Source of the DNA: Spirogloea muscicola | Taxonomy: Eukaryota | Assembly (NCBI GenBank): GCA_009602725.1 | Contig: WELB01000024.1 | Location: 942,821-1,006,820, forward strand | Direction: 5' to 3' | DNA: 64,000 nt | Shown here: piece after piece, positions 38,401 through 53,605 of the stretch | How the letters are laid out: every line of letters starts with the position of its first letter | Numbering within the stretch: the stretch's first letter is position 1 | Translations under genes and position numbers: made by a program | The notes under the pieces: generated by a model | Told to the model about the DNA's origin: nothing | Database searches by the model: none | The model's input: only the letters and a program-made list of their open reading frames with translations

Positions 38401-41400
38401 TGCGCTGTATGACAGGCATGTATGGTTGTCTGAACCGGGCTGACAAGAAGCCAGTCACGCTGGTCAGTTGTTTTGCCTGCATTGTTACATCCTTCAATTG
38501 CAGGACAGGCTGTTAGAGTTATCTAGCATATAGAAAAAGAACTTGCATGTATTGTTGCATTCTAATGCAGAGCAACTAAGAGCATGTAGTTTGGCAGACA
38601 CTCTGCATCTGAGAGGGATTCATGTTGAGAAATGGTTGAAAAATGTACAGCTGGCAGATGCCGCAAGTAGGTCCTACTTGAAAGCATCACTCAGCAGAAT
38701 CTTTCTGCGGATCAAAGAAACAGGTATAAAGAAAAGAGAAACAGGTAGAGCGTTTGTGTATTCATTGCGCGTATCTCTTTGTTCTTCTGCTCTGAGCATC
38801 ATAGCTTTCCTCCACAAATACTATGTCAAAGGGTTTGATGCCAGGAATTTTTGAGCTAAATGCACAACATTGAGCAGGATGTGTGCAGGATGAAGCTGAG
38901 ATATAAGGCCTAACGATGTGCAGATTTCCAATTGGAGTTGCTGCTCCACTCTCTTACATATGTGAAGGTGGGATGGTGGTCTTTGGAGCATGAGCCTGGA
39001 TGTGAATGCCATCAGGGGTGGGTTGTACGACGTCAGCTGCTGGCCATCTCATGATACCTGTCTTCTTGCAGGCGAGTTGTGAAGAAGGCCCCCTACTTAA
39101 AGGCATGTCCAGGATGAATGTTGAGTCGATCATCTTGAGGTGTGAACAACTCCCTCACTCAATAATTGTCTTACCAATCGGTGTTGACATCATACTGTTA
39201 TCATCCAATCTGCAGTGTGGGCCTGGTGCATGTGAATCTCGTGAACCTGTGTATGTGCCAGAGGATCAGTGACCATCCTTTGCTCATGCAGAGATACCTT
39301 CTCTCAACAGTCGTGTGTGCTCATTCAGCCTGGAACGATTGAGCGTCAGTTACCCCCCAAGGTCGCTCCCTCCTTTGGTATTTCATTTGCCCCTCCTTAA
39401 TGTCAAATCTTCTGTCCAAACTGCAGTAAGTGCATGTGTGTAGCATGTTAATCTGTACCAAGTCCCACCGCCAGCTTCTGAGTACTAGACGCCCTTATGC
39501 GCTCTACTGGTGCAGCCGATGACGGGCTCTGGCCCAGAATTTATCCTTCAGCACTGCAAAAGGATGATATGCCTGAGGGCAACATAGGAAGGCAATTGAT
39601 CACGATTTTCTCCACTCAGACCACACCCACACCAGCTCCTCCTGCAGTGGCGTCGCAGCTTGTCATGTACATCCGCCCTCTAGAGGTGCTCACTGCACAG
39701 AGTCACTGCCCTTGACTTGCGTTTTGCTTCCTGGCGACCAGCTATGGCACATACATATAGACATCACTCAATGCTCTCCTTCACAAATGAAGCTAAAAAA
39801 AGGACAAGTACCTGACATGGCCAATATCACTTTCAGGTTCATTTGCAGGAGGAGGCCTGTCTGCGAATTGCGTCACTCCTTGCCGATAGCATGACAGGAG
39901 AGACAGGGACAACCACTTCTACCCCCTGCCTTCAGTACATATTATTGTGCTTAGATAATTTTGACCTCATCCTGCCCATCAGTGGTGGCGATGAAGTTTC
40001 CACGACCTCGAAGGCCTCTGGAAGAGAGGGCGCCAGCACATTGCCGACTATGCATTCAACGCTCCCCGATCGTGAGTGCTTCACAGGAGCCAGGTTACAC
40101 CTACAAGACTTGGTGGTTTGTCAGGACCCCTCTTTGCGCTTCCGCCTGCTCCAGGTTGAGAAGGACGCTGCGTGCTTCTCCCTGTGGCCAGATCAACCAG
40201 TGAACACAAGCTCAATGCGCATTTCCATGTCTGCTGGACATGTCACGTTTGCTTTAGAATCTGAAGGCCATGACAGCAGCCTGTGGAGGTGCGTGGAGGC
40301 GGACGAGTGGGCGGCAGAGATAGCCATGGTCACCGCTGATGGTTCACCTTTGGCTTTGCTGCCGCCACCTGGAGGCGTGGTTAGGTTGGGCGTATACTGC
40401 AAGCAGTACGTGTCCAACACTTCTCAAGCACAGCTAGCATTTGTGCTAAGGATGTACTCATACCTTGTAAGGGTGAGCAGGACATTGGTCAAGGTGGGCA
40501 AGGGCAAGGAACAAGTCTTGGATCCCAAAATGGGCTTGCAAAGCCTTGAAAAGAGGCGGCACAAGAATGTGACAAGGAGCAATTCGGCTTTGACTGAGCT
40601 GGTGGCTCTAGCACCAGGCGACAGCTCGTTTCTCTTCAAGCTGGATATGCTGGAGTTTAAGCTACTTGATGGGGAAAAGAACCAGCTGGCTAGGTTCCTT
40701 GGGGGCGGGCTGAGCACGACAGTCACCCACAGGTCTCTTGGGGGGGCAGCTGCGGTTACCTCTTCCCTACTCTGGCTGGATGTGAGGCTTGAGTTAGTGG
40801 ACACAGCTCTTTCTCCGCTTGCACGGACGAGCGAAGCAGGAGGAGCATGCTATGCGGTCACAAACGAGGCGTTGTCCATCTCAACAATGCCCCACATGCG
40901 GGCAGTGTTGTGGAAGGGAGAGTGCCAGGGCAGCATAAGAGGCACAGCTGGTGTCAGCTCCTCCTCAAGGCTCCCGTTCATTGACATGAATGTGGTTCAT
41001 GTCATTCCTTTCAACACCAAAGACGGTTCGCACGAGCTCAGGATTTCGGCTAAGGTGGGTGGTGTAAGGCTGGGAGGCGGTATGGTGTACAATGAGGCCC
41101 TCCTCTACCACTTCGGGGTTCTAACCCGAGGAGGTGCGCCTAGCAAAGACATTGTCAAGCTGGTTACCTTCCTCTACTCAGGGGAGTTGGCCAATATTTT
41201 CACTGACCCAATTATTCCCACTGGTAAGCTAATGACTGATTGAATGATCCACTGATGCCGGTTGCTTGAGATTCCTATCTCACCCCAAGATAAACTATTG
41301 CATGACCTCTGTAGAATGCTGTGCAGCTATACAAATATTGGCACACATGCCATAGAAAACTGCTATCTGAGACATCATGTGACCACCAATTCTTACAGCA

Positions 41401-42750
41401 GTGTCTGAGCCTGGAGAGCTGGAGGAAGGGGAGGCAAATTGGAAAGTCAGCTTGCCAAATGAGATGGACCTGGATCTGCAGTTGCTGGATTGGCTATTTG
41501 CAATTGAAGGGGCGCTGCTCGGCGTTAGTGGTGTACAAGGAGGTGTTGCAGACACTGAAATCGAACGAGAGGCCCAATGCTGGCACTCTCAGTTTCGAAG
41601 GGTACACATCCTCGCCAAAAAGGCAGCTGCGACGCCCACAACAGCTGCTCCACTGCAGGCTCTGAAGGTGGGTGTAGAGATGACCCTCATATACAATGTT
41701 CCTTCCGCATGTAAGTGACGTGGAAGCTTCTACCACGAGCCTGTCAATGCTATCCTTTGGGTGCTGACTTCTGACAGGTAATCTGCATCAGCACCCGGTT
41801 TGCAGGTTAGCATGGAGGGACTGCAGGCGCTGAAACCCCAGCTGTTGAAGGAGGCTGACGGCAATGGCAGCAGAGTTCCTCCTGTGAAGCCCCCCCCCAA
41901 GTCTGCTTCCCTGGCCAACATGGGCATTGCGGGCCAGGAGGGGCTTGACTTGGAGCTCAGACTGGTGAGCAGGAGTTCGTCGGCCACCGTGACTCATGAG
42001 GCCACTTCCCCTAGCAATGATCCTGGCACAGAGTGGGCAGTAGGAGACTGGTGCGTCGAGAGTGTCCATGCGGCCATAAGTCAGCCGGTGAGTCCTACCA
42101 GCAATGCCCTTTGCTTTTATTGCTATCAAATGTTCCCATGCATGCTTTTCAGATTTCCTGCTTGGTGACGGCAATGCCTGTTCGCGTACAACTCTACCCA
42201 GTTTGAAGTGGAGGCCACCCAAGCGGAGCTGCACCACCTGCTGGAGTTGGTGAAAGCGGAGTCGGCTGCCGCCAGCAGAATCGCTTCTGCCATTCTCAAA
42301 TTGCTGCAGATGGACCATGCCGCTCCTCTTGCGCATTCTGCTGTCACACAGTTCTTTGGGAGCAGTAAGTCCCACCCGGATGGCTGACATCCGTACCTAG
42401 CATTGCATTTCCTTTGCTTTGTTAGCTATATCCTCGTAGTTGGACGTACCTGCAGGCTTGTCACCCTCTGATCTGGTTTTGTCTCTGTTTCAGGGGAGAC
42501 AAGCAGGGAAAACGACCTTGGCCATGACCAGAAGGGCCTGACAAGCGTCGTGGACGCCGGCTGGAAGAAGATTGCTGCTGAAGCAGAGGCGGTGGTGAAG
42601 CGGTCAACCGCACTGTGCGACAAGCTCAGAAGGGCAGGGGAGATGAAAGCAGGGGCTACCCCAGAGTTGCCGTCCGAACTTGGCAGTGTTGAGGAGCTGG
42701 CTGAGCAGATGAGGCACCTAGAAGAGCTGCTCACTTCGCTCCGCAGATGA
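35452..42750 (+). CDS. Chorein-N domain bridge-like lipid transfer protein (UHRF1BP1/BLTP3-like; plant At3g20720-type), multi-exon
   Basis: MESLLAAALDSKLRYYLKTYSRDQFRLNGRTVQLSNL|ELNG..GLP..AKVEKLEI, YGFADK|IADGMTV, PPMASIT..TTNESWQ|VVNL, KLEWSCLSIDLLPHPDMF, DGAKRAFFGGERFLDNITG. Confidence 0.85.
36615..36665 (+). mobile_element. Short hairpin-module relic in an early intron of the chorein-N gene
   Basis: CTTTTTGGGCTGGCTGTCACAGCCCTCGCCTCCTTC matches 52785-52812 and the reverse complement of 53105-53135. Confidence 0.55.
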
Positions 42751-44300
42751 TTTGTCATGCCATCCTTGCGTTGTTAAATACAGCAGTGTAAGAATTGCAT
42801 GCCTGAGCCTTCTGGTGAGGCAAGCCACTTCCAATCTTTGGAGCCAAGTTACCAGCTTAACTAATGAAAGGCCAGATATACCTCTGCGGCGTCTTTTGTC
42901 TCCGCTTGAGCTTGGATTCAACCTTCTTCACCAGCACTGTTGAATATCCAGATCCTTTGTTCCTAGTCACCAGAAGGAGATGGAAACTTTCAATCCTTGT
43001 TGGCAGCGACGTCAACCAAACTCAAATTGTGGTGACTGCACTTTTAGTTGTTTGTCAGCAAGGATGACACAGCTAACACGAGCAATTGAGGACCTCGCCC
43101 TGCTCGCGAAGGATGCTATAAGCCCCCGAGTATTGAAGACTCCACCACATGCATGCGCAGGGCACATCTCACAGACTTGCCCTGCATGCCTCTCAGACTT
43201 GCCCTGCATGCCCCAAGAAGAAGCTTGGGGCATAGCTCAAGTAGAAAAAAGCTCTACTTGAGCTATGAAGCAAAAGACAGGGATGCTTGATTCCCGATGG
43301 CTATCTCAATGGAGCGGTGGCTGGAAGGGGCCACCGCCAGAGTAGATTAGGTTGGAGGCGATATGTGCAGGCCACAGCCATAAGCTGTCGCTTCACTAAG
43401 CAGGTAGCTTCGGCCACAATGGCTCTTTCAATGCAAGGCAATGGCTACCAACCCCAGAAGAAATGAAGTAGGTCTGGGTCCTCGGCAGGGACTGCCCCAT
43501 ACTGTTGGCCTTGGTTAACTTTGGTTCTCTACATTGGTAAACTGTCCAAGTAGCAATTAACAGTCGTCAATGGGCAACAGCATCGCAAATAAAATTTGTC
43601 TGATCAGAGGCATGTGATGTCTTATACTGCAAGCGTTTGCTAGTAGCGTGCTTGCTTGCAAAGGAATCTTCTGCCACTTTGTCACCTCTAAGTACCCTCT
43701 AAGTACCCTCAATTTTCATAGATACCTTCAGCTAACTTTACATAATATATGCCTTGCGGGCTTCAGTGCATCTGCGTTATCATCCTATTTGCAAGACAAG
43801 AAAATCTGCTGTTAGTCAAACTAACAAGCAAGACATTTCACTGGGCCATGATATCACAAGGGAGGTAATGGTGACCACTTGGAAGATCAAGATATATCTT
43901 AAGCAAACATTTTCACACAGATTGCGCACTCAATGCCGATCTGGACTCCGCCAGGCCCCTTCTTTGTGCCTCAGTCAAATCCCTGTCAACTTGCAAATAC
44001 TGCGACGAAAGGAGTAAATTATGAACATCCCTCTTGCTTGAGTAATTAGCTGGTTTTCTGTACCTCATCAATAATCAAGCAGACAGTGACACCCATAGTA
44101 CCTCCAACTCCAACCACATTTGCACAGCCAGTACAAGGTTATACCAAAAATATTCCTCAGCTAGAAATGCTTCAGGGACAGTGCGTCTTGTATTATTGGA
44201 GCAGGAATCAAACGTGGCTCTGCTGAATAAGAATTGCACGGGGTCTCATCACTTCCATTAACTTTGTCCCAAGAATCCAACTAAGCAACTACCCCCTGTC

Positions 44301-44373
44301 CCAAGCTAAGTCCTTTCCGCAGCGTGCAATGTGAGCCAAGCTAAGTCCTTTCCGCAGCGTGCAATGTGAGCCA
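44301..44373. repeat. Perfect 35-bp tandem duplication downstream of the eEF1A stop
   Basis: CCAAGCTAAGTCCTTTCCGCAGCGTGCAATGTGAG occurs twice in tandem. Confidence 0.95.
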
Positions 44374-44585
44374 CGCCACCGTCTGTCAAGTACCCAGGTC
44401 TGCCGCCTAGCCACCAGCATGTAGATGCATGCGAGCAGGAAGCAGGTGCTAATGAGCCTGCGCAGCTGCCGTAAGCGCTGCATGTGCTCCGCTGCCCTCC
44501 TATCCGCCTCTCCAAGGTGCACACCGGAATTGCCTGCAAACCTTGGCCAGCGGACTTGCACCATAATGCCCAGTACCAGCACCAT

Positions 44586-46667
<2,082 letters not shown>

Positions 46668-47299
46668 TCACTGCCGTGACCAGCTTCAGCGGCGGTCGCC
46701 CGGCCTGCGCTGCATCTCGAAGAGGCACAGGCGCAGGAAGGGTGCGAAGGCAGGCGGAGTGCGATTTCGAGGGCCTCCCGCAGGCAGCGGCAGCGATGGC
46801 GACGACGAGCGGCAACGGCCACGAGCAGAGCGGCAGGCAGACTACCTGAGGCGGCGGCGGCGGCGGCGGCGGCGGCGACGGCGGCGGCGGCGGCGGCGGC
46901 GGGGCTTCCCTTAAACCCTGTGCGGTCGCGAGCCGTCGGATGAGGCTCATGGGCGCAGGCAGCCGCTCGATGGGCCCCGGCCCTGTCATCGCTGTATCGA
47001 CGGCCGCTGGGTCCTCGTGACGCGAGCCAATGAGGGACCGGAGGGGGCATCGGTGGGCAGGGGGGAGGTGACCTGCGCAAAAGGGATGGGGCCAGGGTGG
47101 CACCTGATTGGGCTCCGGGGAGAGGGGGAGAGCGCCGCAAGTAACGCTGGCTGCCCGGCTAGTCTTGTGTTGGCGTGGGTGTCAAGCCCTTCTCGCTCAG
47201 CGTGGGCTGAACGGTAGCCGCCTTGTGGTAGCCGCCCTGTCACGGCTCGGACCGACGCGGACCACCGGAATGAATATGCTCATCAGTCCCTCCTAGCCA

Positions 47300-47700
47300 C
47301 TTCCTTTGTTCCTTGTCCGGGCTGGCTTTCCCACAACCCTCCGTCCCGTTGCAAGAGCCTCCTTGTTTCCGGCGCTTGTCCATAAGGGTGAGAGAAGGCG
47401 CGCGGGGCGCATGAAATGAAATGGAGGCCAATTCAAGCCGACACATTGTTCAGGCAGAGTCTAGGGCAAACTAAACAGGGCTACATAATACGGAAACCTA
47501 AACCAAGGTGCCTAAGGTGACATCAGTACCCACGGGTGAGAAGGAAAGGCTTCCTTGAGCACTAGCTTTCGGAACACGAAAAGTGGAGTCGGGCCAGACC
47601 TAGGAGCGAACCGGGTTGAAACCGAAAGACTGAAACAGCACTGACGGTAGTGGCTGTGAGAGGCCGCCCAAAGGAATGTACAAGGTCTGAGATTTGGAAC
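47300..47700. mobile_element. CRE-like 3'UTR relics upstream of eEF1A
   Basis: Hairpin module at 47310-47350(+), terminal module at 47390-47540(-), and a further module at 47640-47690(-). Confidence 0.7.
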
Positions 47701-47916
47701 CCGTCAAATCCTACCGAGAGCCGCTAGCGTCTGCAGTCGACTGCTAACCGTGAAATAAGTGTTCTGATAAATACTAAATTGAAGATATACGAATACTTCA
47801 TTGGAAGTATAAGTATGAAGTGTTCATGGACTACACATTCAATGACTTTGACTGCCATCAAAGATACTGCTTACTTGCCCCAGTGTGCATGCGCATCCGA
47901 CATAGCTCAGCCAAAT

Positions 47917-48085
47917 CTACGTCCCAGCCCAGAGCATGTGCTTGTGCACATGCTATATATATGTCATATATATTACATCGAGGGGCTTCCACTGTACAAC
48001 TGGTCGAGCTTTAGACAGTCAAATGACTGTTGAGTTAGTCAAATGCTTTGTTGTGCACAAGCACATGCTCTGGGCTGGGATGTAG
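47917..48085. repeat. Fold-back with 34-bp arms (47917-47950 / 48052-48085) and a ~100-nt AT-rich loop
   Basis: CTACGTCCCAGCCCAGAGCATGTGCTTGTGCACA ... TGTGCACAAGCACATGCTCTGGGCTGGGATGTAG. The only mismatch is G:T. Confidence 0.9.
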
Positions 48086-48124
48086 GACAAGTTTGCGGCT
48101 GCCGTTCATCCGTTCTGGCTTTAA

Positions 48125-48785
48125 AGGACACTGTGTATTTGAGACAATCGAAGGCCAAATGGCCAAGTACAAAGGCAAGCACATCTGATTACGTACATCA
48201 CCTACTGCAGATTGACCCGCTCAATAACCACGGGTCAATACATAATGGTCGCTAACTGATGCCTGAAGACCAGGTGGCAGAGTCGAAGCCCTTCTGCCAC
48301 CAACCAAAGCTCGCCCAGCTTTCTGGTGCAAAGCGTGAGCCTGAGCACGCTGCAAACAGGCCGACACTTGTAGCCGCAAGAATGATAGATATGCAGCTGG
48401 CAAGGCCATCTCTGCTGGAAGCACATCTGCATGACGTGCATAGCTTAGATTGGCAGTATATTGAAGGAGAGTGTATAGACGAGGACCGAAACAGCTAAAG
48501 ATATCAAAGTGCAGCTGGTAAAAGCTGATCACATTGGGGGTAATCAAAGTGATGCTGCAGCTTCCTGTGTTCAGCATTACCCACTGCAGGGCCAGCGAAG
48601 TGCGTCAATGCTGGACCTTCATAAGCATCCGTAACAACAACATCAACCAAAGCCCGAGGTCCACAACCGGGTTGCACGCCCACAAAGTCAAGGGTGCGGC
48701 GATGATGACGTCCCTGGGCAGCCGTGGTGATAGGCATGATATTGTTCACTTCCACGACCGCACCCATAAAACCGGCGTCGTAAAA
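48125..48785 (-). mobile_element. 5'-truncated CRE-like copy (RLE, ORF end, part of 3'UTR)
   Basis: VEVNNIMP..RRTLDFVGVQPGCGPRALVDVVVTDAY..AEHRKLQHH..SDHYVLTRGY*, with frameshifts. Confidence 0.85.
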
Positions 48786-49674
48786 GGGGTCCGCGCACAC
48801 GCTACCGTCCACCTACGTGACAATTTTGCAGCAGACCTGTCCGCTTCCTTGGCTGCTGACATCCATGCCTTTGAGAAGCACTGGCTGGAGCTCCTTGCAC
48901 CTCCTTTCGGAACTGGCCATGGAAATGCAACAAATGCTGATCAGGCGAGATCCAGGGGCCCTCTGCGGACGCTAGTGCACACCTCTTTCTGGAGTTTTGG
49001 CGGGCTCCACCAACCCTTGCCTTGCACTGTTGAGCCGCGTAAAATGCTGCATGGGCTTCGCTGCAAGATTTGACTGACCTCCCGCCGCTGCTGTTTCGTA
49101 TATACTTGAGCTCGCTTTGCTGCACCTGGTGCCCTTGTGCTTGATCTGCTGCGCTGACCTCCTCTCCAGGCGCTGGCTTGCCCCGAGCCTCCGTCGGCAA
49201 GGCTCGCTCTTTAACTACCTTGTCCATTTGTTCTGGAATGGCTTATCACAGCCTCGCCCCCTGTGACAGAGCTTACTTACAAATTGGCGGCCTCGCCGGT
49301 CAGGTCAATACTAAGGCCATTGCAAGGGGCTGTTCATAGGTCTCTGTGATCGGCGAAGCTCGCTTCTCCTGCTTCCTTTCTCAAATAGTGATTTGGCTTG
49401 CTTGGCCTCTCTCTCGTTATATGCGCACCGCGCGCCTGGTCTCCTGCTTGCGTCTCCTTGCAGAGAAACGATTTTGACGAGGCTAGGCGATGGCAGTGAG
49501 GGCCAGCCCAGCAAGTAAGAGCTCTTCCAAAGTAAGGCGATTACTGAAAGGGGCCAGCCCAAGAGAAATGAACAAGGTCCATTCCACAAAAGGAAGCCCC
49601 AAAGAAATGGATGAGGTCCATAAGGCCCTGAAAGAAGAACGCGGCTGCTGAAAGGGCAAAAATGGCTCTTCCAA

Positions 49675-52185
49675 GGGAGAGCAGGCGCGCCATGCGATGG
49701 TAAAGGGTGGCCAAGTTAAGCCAATTCACATCCACGCAAAAGCTAGAGCAAAATGTGGGGCAACATCAATTGAAGCCCTATGCTGAATCGGCTAAGGTAA
49801 AAGTGTGACGTTATTACATTGGGGTGAAAACAAAGAAAATGAGTGTGTATTGAGAGTTTGAGGGCCTGTGTGGCCAAGTACGAAGGCAAGTACATTGACA
49901 AATGTACGTCACCTGCTGCTAAGCTGACCCGCTCAGTAACCACGAGTCAGCACATAGAGGTCGCTAATTGATGCCCGAATACCGGACGGCAGTCAACAAG
50001 CTCTTAAGCTACCAGCTAAGGCTCGACCAGCTTTCTGATGCAACGCATGAACCTGAGCTCGCTGCAGACAAGCTGACACTCGACGTCACAAGATTGACAA
50101 GTAGGCTGCCGGCATGCCAATTTGAGCTGGAAGCATATCCTCACGTCGAGCATATCCCAAACTTGCAATGTTCTCCAGTAAGGCATGAAAGCGAGGACCC
50201 ATGCAGCCCATAGTGTCAATTGCCGCCGGTAGGAGGTGATTGCTGCGGGGGTAGTCAGAGTAGTGTCGGAGCATACTCTGCTCAGCACCTCCCACTGTGC
50301 GGCCAGCAATGTGCGCCGATGCGGAACTCTTGCATGCCTCCGTCACCACCACGTCAACCAAGGGTCGTGGGCCTCCGCCAGGTTGTACACCCACAATGTC
50401 CAGGGTGCGACGGTGAGGGCGTCCCTGAGAGTCTGTGGTGATGGGCATTTTATTGCTCACTTCCACAATGGCGCGGTAGCTGGCGTCACGCATCAGGTCC
50501 GCCAGGGCGTCCCGTAGGAGACAATGGACGCCCACCACCACAGGGCCTGCAGGACACCGCAGCATGTGCGTGGCAAGGTCTCCGCCCTCTGCACGGAAGC
50601 CGCATTCACACTGAGTTACTCCAATCAGGCAGGTCGGGGGCAGGTCTAGGAACAGCTGGAGAAGCATCCAATATGCCTCGGGGTTGATTTTAGATGCGTT
50701 GTGGATGGCGTGCGTTGTGAGCCAGTCCGTTGCCCCAGGTTTTGCGAGCGATGTGAGACGTGCCAGACTCCTTGGATTGGTACTGATACCTGGCATCATC
50801 TTCAATGTCTTGCGACGCTCATCCTCATCTGCTGCAACGAGTCTGGCCTGTGCCCCTTTGTCTGATGCTTGGGCAAGCGCTGAGAAGGGAGTGAAGAGGG
50901 CTTGCAGGGAGGGGAAGGAGCAGATTGCTGACTCGCGGATGCTCCTCAATAGCACTTGAAATGCCAAGGAGCATTCCTCCACCTCAGCTGCAGGGCCAGC
51001 CAAACAAGGGAAGCGCAAGGGGAGAAGGGAGGCAACCTGGTGCCAGCAACCGAGAAAGGCTGCCTGCGCGGTCTGTTCAAGTGACCGGCAGCCCAGGCCA
51101 CCCTTTCGTGTGGGATGGGATGCCTGCAGGGAGGATGAAGGTGAGGGGAAGGATGGGTGTTGTATCAGGGAAGCCAGGCATTGCAGGAGGGAGGTGTCGA
51201 ACTCCTTGTACAGCTCGCCCACCATGTCCGTTGGGGCGACTGTCCGCTGCAGGTAGCCCGCTCGTTGCCCAATGCACGAGTAAGGAGTGCCAGCGCCAGC
51301 TGCGGATCTGCAAGGAGGGGAAGTGAGGGAAGGGGGGCAAGGTGTTGCTGCAGTCGTTCACGCAAGTCTTCCGCTATGTGGAATGGTGTGCCAAGGGGAA
51401 CCTTGACATCAGCCAGCCCATTGGCCGGTCTGGCAGCCTGGTGGGAGCTGGAGGTTGGTGAGGAGACCACGTGGTGACCATGCCGCATTCTTGCTGGGCA
51501 AACCCCGTAGGCCCATGGTGCTCAGTTCGTGTACGAGTAAGGGATAAGCCGCCATGACTTCTGACGGTGGGCCGACGATATGTGTGTCGTCGGCGTAGGA
51601 GGGGAAGAGGACGTTAGGTGCAGGCTCCGGGTGCGACGTAGTGCCTGGGAATGTGCCATGACGAAAAGTATGGGGCTGAGGGGGTCTCCCTGGCGTGTGC
51701 AAGTTGTGGACCATAAGGTCGTCCAAGACTCCTCCGCAAGCCACAGTAGCCGCCCTGGTCGGCCATAGGCCATGCGGAAAAGGGGAATCAAGGAGGGGAA
51801 GTGGTCACGCAGCTCCTCCATGATGGCACTGCGCTCCACTGTGTTGAAGGCGTCGGCTATGTCCAATCCAAGGACCATATGGGATGGGTTGACATCGAGG
51901 GCTGCGCGGATTCTGTGGACGAGGGCCTCTGCCCCGCAGGACATGCCAGCACCAAACTGGTGGGGTGAAAGATGGGTGGACAGCTGGGACTTCAGTTCGC
52001 CGCACAAAGACTTGGACAACAGCCGCATGATGACCTCCGTCATGGCAATGGGCCTCACAACTCCTGACGGCTCGGCCAGGGCCAGCAAGTGGCTGGAGTT
52101 GAGGCGTTGACGATGCGAGGGGGTATGGCGGCGCTGGCGATGTGCCGGCAGGTGGAGAGGAGCAGGGAGAAGCTACTAGCACAAG
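49675..52185 (-). mobile_element. Degenerate CRE-clade-like non-LTR retrotransposon: RT, CCHC finger, RLE, 3'UTR and terminal module; 5'-truncated
   Basis: RT motifs VRPIAM, PHQFGAGMSCGAE, LDIADAFNTVER, RQGDPLSP, SYADD, KGGLG; CECG..HMLRC finger; RRTLDIV..LVDVVV nuclease. The ORF ends SDLYVLTRGY* at 49933. At least three frameshifts and no AP endonuclease seen. Confidence 0.88.
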
Positions 52186-52264
52186 GGGCCCAAGGGTAGA
52201 GAAAATTAGCTCCTTTTTTCTAGCTTTTTCCGGCCCATTTGGACCTTGTCTATCCTTTTCTCTA

Positions 52265-52780
52265 CTTACGTTGTTATTACGGAGGCGTATGAAGGTCCAG
52301 CATCGACACACATCGCTGGCCACGCAGTTGGCGGTGCAGAACAAACAAAGCTGCGGCACTACTCCGATTACCCACAATGCGATCAGCTCCTGCCAGCGGC
52401 AATCGACATCTATGGCTGTCTGGGTCCTTGTTTCCACGCTGCTTCAAAACATTGCCAATCTAGGCTACACTCGACGTGCAGATGTGTTTCCGGCTGAGAT
52501 GGGCTTGCCAGCTGCATATTTGTCGCTCTTGCGACGACGAGTTTCGGACTGTTTGCGGCGTGCTCAGGCTAGTGCCTTGCACCAGAAAGCTGGGCGAGCT
52601 CTAGTTGGTGGCAGAAGGGCTCCGTTTCTGGCATCTAGTATTCATGCATCGAGTAGTGACCTTTATGTTTTGACCCGGTTATTGAGCGGGTCAATCTGCT
52701 CTAGCTTATGTAGATCTTTAGATGTGCTTGCCTTTGTACTTGGCCATTTGGCCTTCGTTTGTTTCAAACACACGAAACAT
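52265..52780 (+). mobile_element. 5'-truncated CRE-like copy, head-to-head with the 49675-52185 element
   Basis: VVITEAYEGPASTHIAGHAVGGAEQTKLRHYSDYPQCDQLLPAAID..LRRAQASALHQKAGRAL..SDLYVLTR. The 3'UTR matches 48130-48230. Confidence 0.85.
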
Positions 52781-53605
52781 TTTCGAGCTGGCTTTTCACA
52801 GCCCTCGCCACCATCTGATGAACTTTACTTTCCTTCAAAGGGAGCGAGGGCTGTGAGAGATAGGAGAGAAGGTGCGCGAAGCGCATGAAAGGAAAGAGTG
52901 GCCAACTTAAGCCAATGAAGTGTCTAGGCAAAAGCTAGTGCAAAAAGTGGGGCTAGAGCACGCGAAGCCATATGCTGAGGTGGCTAAGGTAACAGGAAGG
53001 AGAGGGGTGTATGAGGTATGTGAAAAAATTAAGCTATTCTGACGGGGGCGAGGGCTGTGAAAGGCCAGCCTAAAGGAGTGTACAAGAAAGAAGTAAGTTC
53101 TCTGGAAGGAGGCGAGGCCTGTGAGACGCCAGCCTCAAAGAAGTGAAAGGAAGACTCTTTCCAGTAGAGGGCGATGGCGATGGCTGTGATTGGCCAGCCC
53201 AGAAATAGAATTACGATGTTCGAAGGGGCCAGAAATGCGCCCTAAAAGCAGTAGAGGGCGATGGCTGTGAAGGCGATGGCTGTGGGCATGCCTCGCTCTG
53301 TCCAACTTGCTATCCTTCAATTAGGGCTACTAAGCTTGCATAAGAGAGAAGTGGCTCTCCCAATGGGGGCAAGGCCTGTGAGAAACCAGCCCGAAAATCG
53401 TTGACAAGGGTCGAAGGGGCCAAATACAAACGGGTAGAAGCGCAGTGCTCTGATCTGCGGCTGCTTAGCAGGGGTTACTGAGTGTCTCGTAGCAGCTTTG
53501 TTTCTGTTACTTAGCGCTTCCCCTGGCCCCCTTCTCGTACTCTGTTCATTCTTTTTCGGGCTGGTTGTTCCAGCCCCTATTCTCAATGGGCGAGCACCTC
53601 CTTGC
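52781..53605. mobile_element. Stack of CRE-like 3'UTR relics
   Basis: Terminal module at 52862-52995(-) and hairpin modules at 52785, 53040, 53110 and 53375. 53448-53597(+) is nearly identical to the reverse complement of 7051-7200. Confidence 0.75.

Noticed and set aside
48790..49230. Unassigned ORF-like segment between CRE copies (possible other retroelement C-terminus)
   Set aside because: No diagnostic motif, so no call is supportable.
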